From Minisyncoccota bacterium (GTDB lineage Bacteria > Patescibacteriota > Minisyncoccia > Phycocordibacterales > UBA918): DNA of 64,000 bases. Below the pieces are notes generated by a model. It was not told the DNA's origin, searched no databases, and saw only the letters and a program-made list of their open reading frames with translations. Positions 45,362 through 56,014 of the stretch are shown here, piece by piece (the first letter of the stretch is position 1; each line of letters starts with the position of its first letter). The translations under genes were made by a program, and so were the position numbers. The stretch is taken from NCBI GenBank assembly GCA_041389025.1, contig JAWKSP010000002.1, positions 105,279 to 169,278 on the forward strand, written 5' to 3'.

Positions 45362-46561
45362 ATGGACTTTTACCGACACCTACTTTTAACTGACGGCCCT
45401 GAAAAAACTATAAGCTTTTTTCAGATTTATTTAATTTCAACCATCTTTTCTTTTCAAACTCTTCTTACCGCCTATATCGGCTCATCCTACATGGAAAGAT
45501 TTGTTGACGAAGAATCAGTCGGCACAATTTTTGCCATCGGATCACTAGGAGCGATCTCTTTTATTTACTTTTCTTCAAGAATTCTTAGATCCGTTGGTAA
45601 CGTTCGTTATGTAATTGCCACCATGGTTACCATCGCTTCTCTTCTAATCATCATCGGTTTAGCCCCTACTCCAGCCATAGCCGTTGTCGCTTTTACTTTA
45701 TTTTTAATGATAAATCCACAGATTTATTTAGCTATTGATATATTTTTAGAAACCTTAATTGGTGACGATGAAGCATCAACCGGTAGCAAACGAGGTCTAA
45801 TACTAACTTTTATGGGAGTAGCAGCTTTTTTGGCTCCACTGACCATGGGTTATTTAATTGGTGAAACTGATAACATGCCTTTGGTATTTTTTACCGCAGC
45901 CGGAATTGGTCTTATTTTTAGCTTAATTGTACTTGTAGGCTTTAGAGGTTTTAAAGATCCTCAGTATCGCACGGTTAAGTTGAAAGACATGTTACTTAGC
46001 TTATCAGGTAATACCAGTATAAAAATAGTTCTTTATTGTCAATTTTTACTTCAATTATTCTTTACTTGGATGGTGATTTACTTTCCTTTATATTTAGCTA
46101 CAGAAGTTGGAATGGATTGGGATTCTATCGGTAAAATTATCGCCGCCGGATTATTTGCTTATGTTATTTTTGAATATCCAACCGGTCGCTTAGCAGACCA
46201 GAAACTCGGTGAAAAAGAATTAATGGCTCTCGGTCTGGTTATTTTAGCTATTAGTTCTTCTTTTATTTCTTTTCTTGAAGGAGTCACCATTACAACTTGG
46301 ATGATGCTTATATTTGTAAGCCGTATTGGCGCTAGCATGCTCGAAATTACTACTGAAAGTTATTTTTTCAAACAAGTAAAAGGTGGTGACCCTTCGCTTA
46401 TTAGTCTTTTTAGACTAACTAGACCAATCGCTAACTTACTCGGAGCCTTGATTGGTAGCTTCACTTTATTATTTTTACCTTTTAACCTCATTTTTGTCGT
46501 TCTAGGACTCATCCTAGTAACCGGTGCTTTTGCTACTATAAAACTTGTAGATACAAAGTAA
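45362..46561 (+). CDS. MFS-type transporter.
   Basis: Twelve predicted TM helices with MFS-like spacing. Confidence 0.7.
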   Translation: MDFYRHLLLTDGPEKTISFFQIYLISTIFSFQTLLTAYIGSSYMERFVDEESVGTIFAIGSLGAISFIYFSSRILRSVGNVRYVIATMVTIASLLIIIGLAPTPAIAVVAFTLFLMINPQIYLAIDIFLETLIGDDEASTGSKRGLILTFMGVAAFLAPLTMGYLIGETDNMPLVFFTAAGIGLIFSLIVLVGFRGFKDPQYRTVKLKDMLLSLSGNTSIKIVLYCQFLLQLFFTWMVIYFPLYLATEVGMDWDSIGKIIAAGLFAYVIFEYPTGRLADQKLGEKELMALGLVILAISSSFISFLEGVTITTWMMLIFVSRIGASMLEITTESYFFKQVKGGDPSLISLFRLTRPIANLLGALIGSFTLLFLPFNLIFVVLGLILVTGAFATIKLVDTK

Positions 46562-46566
46562 AAAAT

Positions 46567-47520
46567 ATGCAATCAAAAAAATATATTTTGTTATTTTTTA
46601 TTTTTCTTACGCTGTTGTTTTTTGTTATTTTTATCACCCAAAATAAAACTAATCAAAATATCTTCTCAATAAAAACCAACCCAATACCACATCTTCACGC
46701 TCATAACCATGCTCACGGAGATTCATTAACCCAAAGTACTCATCATGAATTTTCAAAATCAAATGAAATAGAAACGGAAAAAGATCTATGGATTAAAGCC
46801 ATAAATTTTGACATCGTAAACGCTGACGACACTGTTTTACACCACATGGTTTTAGGTCGATTAGATATGAAAAACCAAATCTGCAACCGTTACAAACCAT
46901 TGTTAATTATGGGTGAAGACCAAATGCACCAACCAAACATATCCTTTCCCACAGGTTATGCGATTCACATACCCAAAGGCACACCACTAATGGCTGATAC
47001 TATGCTACACAATCCAAACCCACCGATTGGTTATGGTAGGGAATACTACAACGTATCTAGTAAAATTAATTTTACTTTAGCTAATGAAAAAGAAATAAAC
47101 AACTTAAAACCAGTCGATTTTATACAACTATATATTGCCAATAAAAATGATCCTTGCGACTACACCTTTACTGTTCCAGCCAACACCGCTAATTTCACAG
47201 CTGGATTCAAAAATGAGACAAATTATTTTACCAGCTACCAATTCCCTACTGATGGAAAAATCATTTACATGGGTGCTCATGTGCACGGCTGGGAAGGCGG
47301 ACAATCACTTGAGGTTTACTTAAACGAAGAGCTAATTAAAAGTTATCGAACTGAGAAATCAAAAGCTGAATATGGTTATAACACTCCACACGGACAAGAA
47401 AACATTCCTGTTAAGTTTGGTGACACCATTTCCATAATATCCACCTATAATAATCCTTATCCGGAAGAAATTGTTGGTGCAATGGGTATGCTCGGCATCT
47501 ATTTTTCACCCGATAAATAA
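46567..47520 (+). CDS. Secreted hypothetical protein with a His-rich N-terminal segment (HLHAHNHAHGD).
   Basis: Signal/TM ILLFFIFLTLLFFVIFI. His cluster after the anchor. Confidence 0.5.
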   Translation: MQSKKYILLFFIFLTLLFFVIFITQNKTNQNIFSIKTNPIPHLHAHNHAHGDSLTQSTHHEFSKSNEIETEKDLWIKAINFDIVNADDTVLHHMVLGRLDMKNQICNRYKPLLIMGEDQMHQPNISFPTGYAIHIPKGTPLMADTMLHNPNPPIGYGREYYNVSSKINFTLANEKEINNLKPVDFIQLYIANKNDPCDYTFTVPANTANFTAGFKNETNYFTSYQFPTDGKIIYMGAHVHGWEGGQSLEVYLNEELIKSYRTEKSKAEYGYNTPHGQENIPVKFGDTISIISTYNNPYPEEIVGAMGMLGIYFSPDK

Positions 47521-47543
47521 AATTTAATAAATATAAAAAAATA

Positions 47544-48248
47544 CTATAGATGATAAATAACGTCTTTACTTTCCACCACCACTTCCCATTTCATACGGTT
47601 AGCGTGCTTATACAAGGTCTCGTTTGGATTAAAACAAATAGGATAAGTAACCATCTCCAATATCGGTATATCAGACTCCGTATCACCCACTGCTAAAGAT
47701 TCTTTTTTTGATAAATTAGGATTTTGATCAAATACCCTTTTTACAATATTAGCTTTATTGTTAAGTAAATGACCGTTTGTGACCACGCCGGTAAAACGGT
47801 CTTGTGGACCAATATCATAAAGTCTGCCGTATACTTTATCAAAGCCATAATCCGCACAAAAATCATCAAGTATAGTCTTGGGTGAATGAGAAATCGCCAC
47901 CAAGTAATATCCTTCGTCTTTTAAATTGCCGATTAAATCTCTAGTGTAACGATAAACTCGCCGATGCTGCTTAGCCACTACTAAACGACCAATATCTGCT
48001 AATTCGCCATAATGAACCCCTTTTATGTAACGCACAAAAGTTTTAACTACTGTATCAACATAATCTTCATACTCACCTTCTCGGTTCCACCAATCTTCAT
48101 ACTCATTACGAAATTCATCAACCGCTTCTTGAGGGAAAATTTTTTCTCTTATTAGAGCTTGTACTAATTCGATTAAAAGACTAGATCGAAAAACTGTTCC
48201 GTCAATATCAAAAAAAGCCACTTTTTTCATACATAGATGATAACACAA
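47544..48248 (-). CDS. HAD-superfamily hydrolase (subfamily IB-like).
   Basis: Motif I FFDIDGTV and motif IV AVGDTESDIP. Confidence 0.75.
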   Translation of the reverse strand: MCYHLCMKKVAFFDIDGTVFRSSLLIELVQALIREKIFPQEAVDEFRNEYEDWWNREGEYEDYVDTVVKTFVRYIKGVHYGELADIGRLVVAKQHRRVYRYTRDLIGNLKDEGYYLVAISHSPKTILDDFCADYGFDKVYGRLYDIGPQDRFTGVVTNGHLLNNKANIVKRVFDQNPNLSKKESLAVGDTESDIPILEMVTYPICFNPNETLYKHANRMKWEVVVESKDVIYHL

Positions 48249-48256
48249 GAAATAAA

Positions 48257-48577
48257 ATGTTGATAAAAAGTAAATTTATTTTAGTAAATTTTGTTAAAAT
48301 CAAAATAATGGAGAGAAAAACCAAAAATCAAGAATCGGCTTCTGCTACAAGTATCGTAAATAACGAAGTAATACACGAAACACCAAACCTAGACACTCAC
48401 AACTACAAAGGTTGGTTAAATTCTGACCATTTCTGGAAACGATCTTTAGGAATATTTTTATACTATTCAGTTTCTTCGTTTGTTATTAGTGCTATAATAA
48501 TTTTTATTATAATCATTATTATGCTTGGTATAGGTTACCCTTTACCAATTATTATAAATAAAATATTAACTGCCTAA
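48257..48577 (+). CDS. Small hypothetical protein with a C-terminal TM.
   Basis: C-terminal VSSFVISAIIIFIIIIIMLGIGY. Confidence 0.35.
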   Translation: MLIKSKFILVNFVKIKIMERKTKNQESASATSIVNNEVIHETPNLDTHNYKGWLNSDHFWKRSLGIFLYYSVSSFVISAIIIFIIIIIMLGIGYPLPIIINKILTA

Positions 48578-48626
48578 ATTATCTTTTTGGCACTACTTTC
48601 ATTTATACCCCATCAAAACATGTCGA

Positions 48627-49727
48627 CTAACCTCTAAAAAGTCGATAAGTTATTATTGATAATGAACCAAGTGTTAACATAAATAATCCCATCAAAACAA
48701 ACCAACCAACTACCGGAATGTAAAACATAGCATTAACCGCAAACACACCCAATACAATAAAACCAATCGAGACTGAACCGGTTGGTGAAAATCTAGTTAA
48801 GAAAGAGGCGGTTATTATTCCCATCATGACTAGTGACAATAAAACCAAAGAAGCATAAACAAACATCAGAATAAGTCCCAAAATACTACCAAGTGTACTG
48901 ATTAGTAAAATTAACGAAGCAATTGGTGCTAAAAACATAATACCAAAACCAATCAATACACTACGTAAAGTATGGTTTCTCGCGTACAATACTATGTTTC
49001 TGGTATAGCGGTTAAAAATAAGATGAACAACCAAAGAAGCAAAAGCTGTGATTAAGAAGAAAATTAAAAAGCTTTTGATAAAATTATCACTTTCAGCAGA
49101 CGCAACCGGATCATTCCGCACTATTTCATTTGCTACTTTAGCATTTTGTGCTCTAGTCAGGTTATTTGAGCTAGTATACTTAATTCCCGCGCCAATATCT
49201 GCTTGATCACCTAAAACCAAACCACTGGTAGTAACCTCGATTCCACCCAACACCTTAGCATCTACTCTTACGTTATCTATAAAACCATAAATATCACCAC
49301 CGACTTCACCGGAAATATCTGCCTTACTACCAAAAAACATAATATCTCCATCAATTTTAGCGGTTGGTAAAACTTTTAAGGAACTACCAACCACGACTAA
49401 ATCACCGAGTATTTCTCCGGCAATTGTAACTTCACCAGCAACAATTCTAGCATCATCAGCTACTTGACCATGAATATCCACCAAGCCAGCTAAAATAAGA
49501 GTGTCTGCACCAGCTTGTCCGTTTAAAGTAATGTCTCCCCCAGCGAGTAAAACATCACCCTTAACCTCACCGGAGATAGCTACATTTTCTCCTAAAGCAT
49601 AAAAATCGTCTTCCACTGTTTGTTCCGGCGAAATCATTACCATTTCACCAGTCCTCACGATAGATGCACCATAAACTGTAGTTGGTATAAGAAGTATTAG
49701 AAAAGACAAAATTAAAAAACGTTTCAT
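48627..49727 (-). CDS. Secreted beta-helical-repeat (bactofilin/DUF4097-like) domain protein with a C-terminal polytopic membrane domain.
   Basis: Signal peptide, then repeated G-x-V-x-I-x-G-x-V-x-G-D segments (ISGEVKGDVLLAGGDITLNGQAGADTLILAG...), then about 4 TM helices. Confidence 0.5.
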   Translation of the reverse strand: MKRFLILSFLILLIPTTVYGASIVRTGEMVMISPEQTVEDDFYALGENVAISGEVKGDVLLAGGDITLNGQAGADTLILAGLVDIHGQVADDARIVAGEVTIAGEILGDLVVVGSSLKVLPTAKIDGDIMFFGSKADISGEVGGDIYGFIDNVRVDAKVLGGIEVTTSGLVLGDQADIGAGIKYTSSNNLTRAQNAKVANEIVRNDPVASAESDNFIKSFLIFFLITAFASLVVHLIFNRYTRNIVLYARNHTLRSVLIGFGIMFLAPIASLILLISTLGSILGLILMFVYASLVLLSLVMMGIITASFLTRFSPTGSVSIGFIVLGVFAVNAMFYIPVVGWFVLMGLFMLTLGSLSIITYRLFRG

Positions 49728-50143
49728 GAAATTTTATATTAAAACACCATTGAAATGACAAAAATCAAACCCAAATGTGTGCAAAGAATAGCTACATATA
49801 ATAATTTAAAGACACTAAACTATAACATAGATTAGGTATTATTTCTATATCTATCACTGGCAGATCTACATTATTTTTTGAATATAAAAATAAAGTAAAA
49901 AAGTAACTACCAGTGCTAAAGAGAATAATAGTAAATTAGTTAATATAAATTTTTTCACACAGCAATATACTTTACCGGCATCTGTAATATAGATATAGAC
50001 ACCACAATCAACAAGAACAAGACTATTGACGACAAAAACAAAACCACTCTAGGGCGAGACAATTCCATTTTTCCGGTATGCCAATTTCTAGTATATAAAA
50101 AAGAAAAAATATAGCGCCAAAAACTCATGTTAACGATATTAAA

Positions 50144-50485
50144 CTACTTATCATATTTACTCATATTTTTGTATAAAGTACCAGTAAGCAATAGAATAGT
50201 GACGCCTAGAAATAAAATAAACCATGGATGTTGTCGTAATATATCATACTGCAACAAAACCTGTTCAAACCCCAGCAAGGTGGTAACAACTCCAAAAGTA
50301 ACCAGTAAAGAAAACAATACAGGATAACGCTTCAGCGCACTTTTCCTTAGTGGTGAAATGTACGTATCTGCTTCTTTGGTAGCTTTTTCTACCTCTTTTT
50401 CAACCAAATCAGCCATATCCAACGTCACTTCCGTTACTTCTTTAGTTATTTTTGACGCTCCTTGTTTTAGTTTTTGTACCGCCAT
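50144..50485 (-). CDS. Hypothetical membrane protein with 2 TM helices.
   Basis: ORF plus TM segments VLFSLLVTFGVVTTLLGF and WFILFLGVTILLLTGTL. Confidence 0.45.
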   Translation of the reverse strand: MAVQKLKQGASKITKEVTEVTLDMADLVEKEVEKATKEADTYISPLRKSALKRYPVLFSLLVTFGVVTTLLGFEQVLLQYDILRQHPWFILFLGVTILLLTGTLYKNMSKYDK

Positions 50486-50560
50486 AATAAATATAAATGG
50501 GTATTATAAGTAAGGTAATTTTATTATAACATTTTATTCAATTAGATTTGGCTCCTAAAT

Positions 50561-51781
50561 TTAATTTAAATTTGGCATTTCTTTTAAAATAACTTGTTTT
50601 TCTATTTTTTCCCCTTTGTGGAGAAAAAGTATTTTAATACTGTCATTAACTTGTTTTTCTCTTAAAACTGTAGCTAAGTCACGTTTATCCAATCTTTCTC
50701 CATCAATCTCAAGAATTATATCGTTCTCCACAATTCCAGCTAAATCAGCTGGTGAACCAGGCATAACAGCCAACTCTCCATTATCTTGTCCACGCACCAC
50801 TAAAGCTCCGTAATCAACTAAGATATTATTTTTCTTCTGTAGTTGTTGATCTATCATCGTATATCGAACTCCCAAATAAGGTCTCACTATTTTCCCATGT
50901 TCCTTAACTGACTGTACCACCCCTTTTACAACATGTGCCGGTAAAGCAAAGCCAATATTATCTGCTCCTCGTGAAGTAGCGACATTTACTCCAACCACCT
51001 CACCTTTTATATTTAAAAGTGGACCACCTGAATTACCTGGATTTATGGCAGCATCAGTTTGAATCACTTGATCTAAATTTTCACTTCGACCAAACTCATC
51101 TGAAGCGACAATAGATCTAGCTAATCCCGATACCACTCCAACCGAAACAGAATTTCTAAATTCGGCTAAAGCATTACCAATAGCAACAACTTTTTCGCCT
51201 AATTTAAGATTTTCTGAATCACCAAAATCTAAATACTTAAGCTTTTTATCATTAGGCAAATCAATAATTTTCAAAACAGCAATATCAAGTACTTGGTCAC
51301 GAGCCAATACCTCCACCTCATAAGATACCCCGTCATTCATCAAGACCGAATAATGAGCATCTTCACCACTTACCACATGTCTGTTTGTCACCACCAAACC
51401 ATCTTCACTAACGATAAACCCTGAACCGCCACCAACCTCTTTTTCTTCAGTACCAATTTCTCGTTGCCGAGGAACAGAAAAACCACCGAAGAACCCCCAT
51501 GGATCAAATTGCTCATAATACTGCTCATAAACAGGCACGTCTTTAGTAATAACTACTGACACCACGGCGGGATTAACTCTTTCAATCATCGTCACCACTG
51601 GATCTTCAACTAACTCCGTCTTTAAAACTTGATTATTTTCTTTGTCATCATCCACAAAAAAATCATTATTTAAATGACTATAAAAAACTTCCGGATGAAA
51701 AGCAAAGATAAAACTTAATCCGATCAATATAGTAAATAAACTACTGGTAACTGAAGTGAAAAGTAATTGTTTTAAATTCAT
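50561..51781 (-). CDS. htrA: HtrA/DegP-family serine protease with a PDZ domain.
   Basis: Catalytic-triad context ...TNRHVV..., D..AVLK, and GNSGGPLLNIKGEVVGVN. The C-terminal PDZ is LGVRY...GSPADLAGIVENDIILEIDG. Confidence 0.9.
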   Translation of the reverse strand: MNLKQLLFTSVTSSLFTILIGLSFIFAFHPEVFYSHLNNDFFVDDDKENNQVLKTELVEDPVVTMIERVNPAVVSVVITKDVPVYEQYYEQFDPWGFFGGFSVPRQREIGTEEKEVGGGSGFIVSEDGLVVTNRHVVSGEDAHYSVLMNDGVSYEVEVLARDQVLDIAVLKIIDLPNDKKLKYLDFGDSENLKLGEKVVAIGNALAEFRNSVSVGVVSGLARSIVASDEFGRSENLDQVIQTDAAINPGNSGGPLLNIKGEVVGVNVATSRGADNIGFALPAHVVKGVVQSVKEHGKIVRPYLGVRYTMIDQQLQKKNNILVDYGALVVRGQDNGELAVMPGSPADLAGIVENDIILEIDGERLDKRDLATVLREKQVNDSIKILFLHKGEKIEKQVILKEMPNLN

Positions 51782-51846
51782 ACAAAAACAGAAAATTATA
51801 ACTTACAAATAATTATGACACTAAACTATACGAAAAATACGTATAA

Positions 51847-52848
51847 TTATTTCATATAAAGTTGTTTACCCTTTTCCCAAAATTCTTCATAACCATTTTG
51901 CTTCAACCAATACCACCACTCAGCTCCCCATAAATACTGTCTATCAAACCGAGTATTTTCTGCATACTCAAGAATATTGGTAAATTTTTCTAAGTCCATA
52001 CGTGAAAACTGAGCCTCTACCGGCACATCACGAACCGGTGCCACCAACCATGGTTCGGCCGATAATTCAATCAAAAATACTGGTTTTTTACCGTATATTA
52101 AAGACAGCCAATTACTTTTTACTCGATAAGACCAAGCCGGCAAAACAGTTTTGAATTGTCCCAATTCCGGATTCCAAAAATATACATAAACACTAGTGCC
52201 AAATATATCAGCTCGTTTATAAGGTTCAACCCAAAGACCAAGATTGCCACTATCCGTAACAATCACCGATCTAGTCGGATCAAGTTCACGTACCAAGGCA
52301 ATTTCTTTATCCAATAAATCTACATCTAACTCACCACAATGCTCATAGGCAAATAACTCTAAATATGGCTCATTTTCTACCTGCCAGTATTTTACCGCCG
52401 GACTATCTTTATAACGTTCAACTACTTGTTCAAAGTATTCCAATTGAGCTTGATTACGTTCTTCTGGTTTTAAATTTTTAGCCCAATCAGGTACATGACA
52501 TTCCGGCCACCGTGGCAATCTTCGACCAACCGCCAAAATCACTTCTGTCCCAGTAATTTCGGCTCGGTTAATCTGATAATCCATTTCAGTAAAATTATAA
52601 TTGCCTTGCACGGGCTCAATCATCGGCCAATGTGCGGCCAAGCGAATATGCCTAACTTTTAGATCATCTAAAATTGCATCGTATGTTTCTTGCCAATCAA
52701 GTCCCAATTCTTTAGCGTATAAAACGTTAAACGACATTCCATAAGTGATCGAGCTCGGCTTCTTTTTATAAGCTAAAAAAGCAGTGGCAATAACTAAAAT
52801 AAATATTAAAAATAAAAATATTTTTATAATTTTTTTCCACCAAGACAT
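51847..52848 (-). CDS. Membrane-anchored clan GH-A (GH5/GH113-like) TIM-barrel glycoside hydrolase.
   Basis: AHWPMIEPVQGNYNF (W..IEP..G.Y), the acid/base WQVENEP and the nucleophile context VFLIELSAEP. Confidence 0.6.
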   Translation of the reverse strand: MSWWKKIIKIFLFLIFILVIATAFLAYKKKPSSITYGMSFNVLYAKELGLDWQETYDAILDDLKVRHIRLAAHWPMIEPVQGNYNFTEMDYQINRAEITGTEVILAVGRRLPRWPECHVPDWAKNLKPEERNQAQLEYFEQVVERYKDSPAVKYWQVENEPYLELFAYEHCGELDVDLLDKEIALVRELDPTRSVIVTDSGNLGLWVEPYKRADIFGTSVYVYFWNPELGQFKTVLPAWSYRVKSNWLSLIYGKKPVFLIELSAEPWLVAPVRDVPVEAQFSRMDLEKFTNILEYAENTRFDRQYLWGAEWWYWLKQNGYEEFWEKGKQLYMK

Positions 52849-52851
52849 AAT

Positions 52852-53790
52852 CTATAAAAATAAAATGAAGTATCCAACCGCAATAACCGCCACATACAAC
52901 ACTTGTCGAAAAACTTGTCGTGGTCTAGTATCAGCATTTACTGTGGTTTGCGGTAAAAACGATCCAAACAAAATAGTTATTAACAAAATAAAAACAAATT
53001 TTAGACCATCAAGAGCTTGTACCACTGCTACCTCACCCAGATCAGTGGCTTTAAGTAATAAGAAAGCTGCTATACCAGCCAATATCTTAGTAAAGATAAT
53101 GAGTATAACTGTTTTTAAATTAGCCTGTTTGCTCTCCTCGGTTACTTTTTCATAATAAACCGGCACCAATAATAGTGACAAAGCAAAAATAACCAAACCA
53201 ACTCTCGACCAAAAGAAACCATCATCAAAACTAGTTTCCTCAAACAAACCTTTCATAGCAATAACATGTAAAGCGAAGAAAAGACCACTATGAAAAAGAT
53301 TTATTACAGTACTACGCTTTGGTATAGTTTGTGCTACCAAAAGTGTACCTAGCGCTAAAACAATCACTCCCCAAGTGAAATTAGCTGGTAATGTCACATC
53401 CTCTAAGAAAAGATAGCTTAGAAGAAGTGACATAAAAGCGGACACTGCTCCCACCACCGGCATTACGTTTACTGCCTCTGTCCGCTTTAAAGCATCATAT
53501 AAAGACACTAAAGCCATAAAAAAAGTATAGGCCGCCAAAGAAGACATACCAACCACCTGGATAGTTGGCCACTGTATATTGGAAAAAGTAGGAATACCTA
53601 AACTAGCTAAACTAGGAATATAACCAAGTAAGAAAATAAGTACCCAAAAACCGGTCAGAAGACAAGAATAAAAAGCATACACGAAAGGCCGCGGCAATGC
53701 CTTTTCGTCAGTAACTATATATTTATCTAAGAAAGCTACAATGGCATTAATAAATTGTCCAATTGTAGCCAACAATATCCAAGACATCAC
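52852..53790 (-). CDS. DMT-superfamily (EamA-like) permease.
   Basis: Ten TM helices in two 5-TM halves. Confidence 0.55.
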   Translation of the reverse strand: MMSWILLATIGQFINAIVAFLDKYIVTDEKALPRPFVYAFYSCLLTGFWVLIFLLGYIPSLASLGIPTFSNIQWPTIQVVGMSSLAAYTFFMALVSLYDALKRTEAVNVMPVVGAVSAFMSLLLSYLFLEDVTLPANFTWGVIVLALGTLLVAQTIPKRSTVINLFHSGLFFALHVIAMKGLFEETSFDDGFFWSRVGLVIFALSLLLVPVYYEKVTEESKQANLKTVILIIFTKILAGIAAFLLLKATDLGEVAVVQALDGLKFVFILLITILFGSFLPQTTVNADTRPRQVFRQVLYVAVIAVGYFILFL

Positions 53791-53792
53791 TA

Positions 53793-55019
53793 CTATTCTA
53801 CCACCTGATTTTCCTCACAGATTTTCTTATACACGTACGCCGACGGACGGATTTTCCGCTCTAAGGTGTCATAGTCTATTTTTACTAAGCCAAACCTTTT
53901 TTCAAAACCCAATGCTAATTCATAGTTATCCAGCAACGACCAATACATATGTCCACGAACATCCACGCCAGCCTGGAGGGCCCTCCAAGTACCTTTCGTT
54001 TGTTCAGTTATATATTTAGCTCGCCTAGTATCTGAAGCATCAGCAAGTCCTGCCTCAGAAATAAAGATAGGTTTATTATATCGAGCCAAATATTTTAGAG
54101 CAAGTTCTATTTTATCTGGATTGATATTCCAATCCATATCGGTTTTAGGATAAATTTGAGTATCTCCAAACTTTTGGTAGCGATAATAATTAAGACCTAT
54201 CGAATCCAGATATTTGGCTACACGATTCATAAAATAGCCACTTTGTACATAAGCACCCACTTTAGCTACAAGCTTATTTAAAGGATTCCAATTGGCATCA
54301 AAGACACGGACATGTTTTACAATACTTACATCCACACTTGAGCGTTTTACCTTAATCAATTGATAAGCCTTATTGTGAGACTCTATTAAATTTTCCACCA
54401 CCTTAAAGTAAGTTAGAGTGTTCTTAAAGCTTAAAGTTTGCGCTGATTGCCAAGTTCCATCCGGCTTACCAAACTTAATCCACAAAAAACGTCCTCGCTT
54501 AAAAGGCGGCCATGCTCCAAAAAGCCAACCGTGACTGGCAAAAACATTTGGTTCGTTGATGGTAGAAAAATATTTACAGTCATCAGCCAACTTATCGACC
54601 ACATAAGCACAATACTTAGCAAATATTGATGGTGAATCAGGATGTTCAAAACCACCCTTATCGGCAAACCACTGCGGTAAAGTAAAGTGCCAAAGAGTTA
54701 TAAATGGTGTTAGGTCACGTTTTTTAAGTGCTTTTAGTACTTGCCGATAATGTTCAATCGCTTCCTCATCAAATTTCCCTTCCTCCGGCTCAATTCTCGC
54801 CCACTCAATAGAGAAACGATGGGAATTATGACCAAGCTCTTTTGCAATATCAAAATCCTCCTCATAGCGATTATAGTGATCTGCCGCCCTGCCAATCTTA
54901 GGAACCAAACCTTTATTAGCTGCCGTCTCCCAATCCATTCCAGTAATACCACCTTCAACCTGAAAAGCTGAAGTAGCCGCCCCCCAATAAAATCCTTCAG
55001 GAAACTTTTTTTCGGTCAT
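53793..55019 (-). CDS. Glycoside hydrolase family 1 beta-glucosidase or 6-phospho-beta-glucosidase.
   Basis: N-terminal FPEGFYWGAATSAFQVEGG. TLWHFTLPQW. The acid/base is INEPNV. The nucleophile region is IFISEAGLA. Confidence 0.8.
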   Translation of the reverse strand: MTEKKFPEGFYWGAATSAFQVEGGITGMDWETAANKGLVPKIGRAADHYNRYEEDFDIAKELGHNSHRFSIEWARIEPEEGKFDEEAIEHYRQVLKALKKRDLTPFITLWHFTLPQWFADKGGFEHPDSPSIFAKYCAYVVDKLADDCKYFSTINEPNVFASHGWLFGAWPPFKRGRFLWIKFGKPDGTWQSAQTLSFKNTLTYFKVVENLIESHNKAYQLIKVKRSSVDVSIVKHVRVFDANWNPLNKLVAKVGAYVQSGYFMNRVAKYLDSIGLNYYRYQKFGDTQIYPKTDMDWNINPDKIELALKYLARYNKPIFISEAGLADASDTRRAKYITEQTKGTWRALQAGVDVRGHMYWSLLDNYELALGFEKRFGLVKIDYDTLERKIRPSAYVYKKICEENQVVE

Positions 55020-55246
55020 AAATAATAAGTGAATTATAACAAAAAGTCACATTGAAATGCGACTTTTAAAAAACAACATTAAATTAAAGTTACTAGGTCT
55101 TTTTCTTGGTTTCTAAATTTTCTGACTTCAAGCCAATTGAGACTTTCATTTGAATATAAATTCAAATGAACTTCCTTATTGTTTATACTGGATATAGCAA
55201 TGAATTTTAAATTTTAGCTCTATTTCTTGCATAATTTATATATTAC

Positions 55247-56014
55247 CTAAAAATCAATTTCCTCTTCATTTCGCGAGCGAAAATCAAGGAAGTTTTGCCA
55301 TTTTTTGTACAATTCAACAGTGGCAGTGACATCACGGGCGTTGTAGCGGGCGATGTCGCGGAACTTTTTCTTTAAAAAAAGTTCCGCGACATCATCACCA
55401 CCCACCTCTTCTTTTGGACTCTCAATTCCGTAAGCACGGCAAAACAAATGTAAATTAGGCCTCCTCGACATCGCACCAAAAAAAGTTAGTTCATCTTGCA
55501 AATCAATGTGCCGACAACTTATCTGCTGAGACGGATAACGTCCTTCCATCAGATTCTTGGTCGGCATCACCTTATGCGTCACCGAACGATGTAATAAAAA
55601 CGGTACATCAAACACTCGACCATTAAATGTCACAAAAGTATCATAATGCTTGGCCCCAGCCCAAAATTCATAGAGCATCTCAGCTTCGGTTCGTTGTTTA
55701 TATACATAATCATCGATTTCCTCATCTTTTTCACCACCCTTTCCAGTGTAATAGACAGCGCCTTTCCCTCTTTCCAAATCATAAATACCGATAGCTACCA
55801 CAAAGCCGGTTAAGGGAGAAAAGCCTAAACCAGCTTTTATATCAAGCAACATAGCTTCTTTGTCGGACTCAGTACGAGTGGTGCGTTCCACCCAACGAGA
55901 TAAAGTCTTTTTTGTTACCTCGTCCAAAGCACCCCAGTCTTCACCCACTGTCTCAATATCAAACACCAAAGTAGCCATAAAAACTAAAGGTTTACCGGCA
56001 GTCCTGAATAACAA
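55247..56014 (-). CDS. RNase H-like 3'-5' exonuclease related to the PolB exonuclease domain. The likely start is Met-13 at 55978.
   Basis: Exo I VFDIETVG, Exo II FNGRVFDVPFL and Exo III YNARDVTAT. Confidence 0.7.
   Translation of the reverse strand: MLFRTAGKPLVFMATLVFDIETVGEDWGALDEVTKKTLSRWVERTTRTESDKEAMLLDIKAGLGFSPLTGFVVAIGIYDLERGKGAVYYTGKGGEKDEEIDDYVYKQRTEAEMLYEFWAGAKHYDTFVTFNGRVFDVPFLLHRSVTHKVMPTKNLMEGRYPSQQISCRHIDLQDELTFFGAMSRRPNLHLFCRAYGIESPKEEVGGDDVAELFLKKKFRDIARYNARDVTATVELYKKWQNFLDFRSRNEEEIDF

Noticed and set aside
49957-50070. 37-codon hydrophobic minus-strand micro-ORF (MELSRPRVVLFLSSIVLFLLIVVSISILQMPVKYIAV) in the 415-bp gap 49728-50143.
   Set aside because: Weak RBS, no terminator, and AT-rich intergenic composition produces hydrophobic ORFs by chance. 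It is kept only as a low-priority note.
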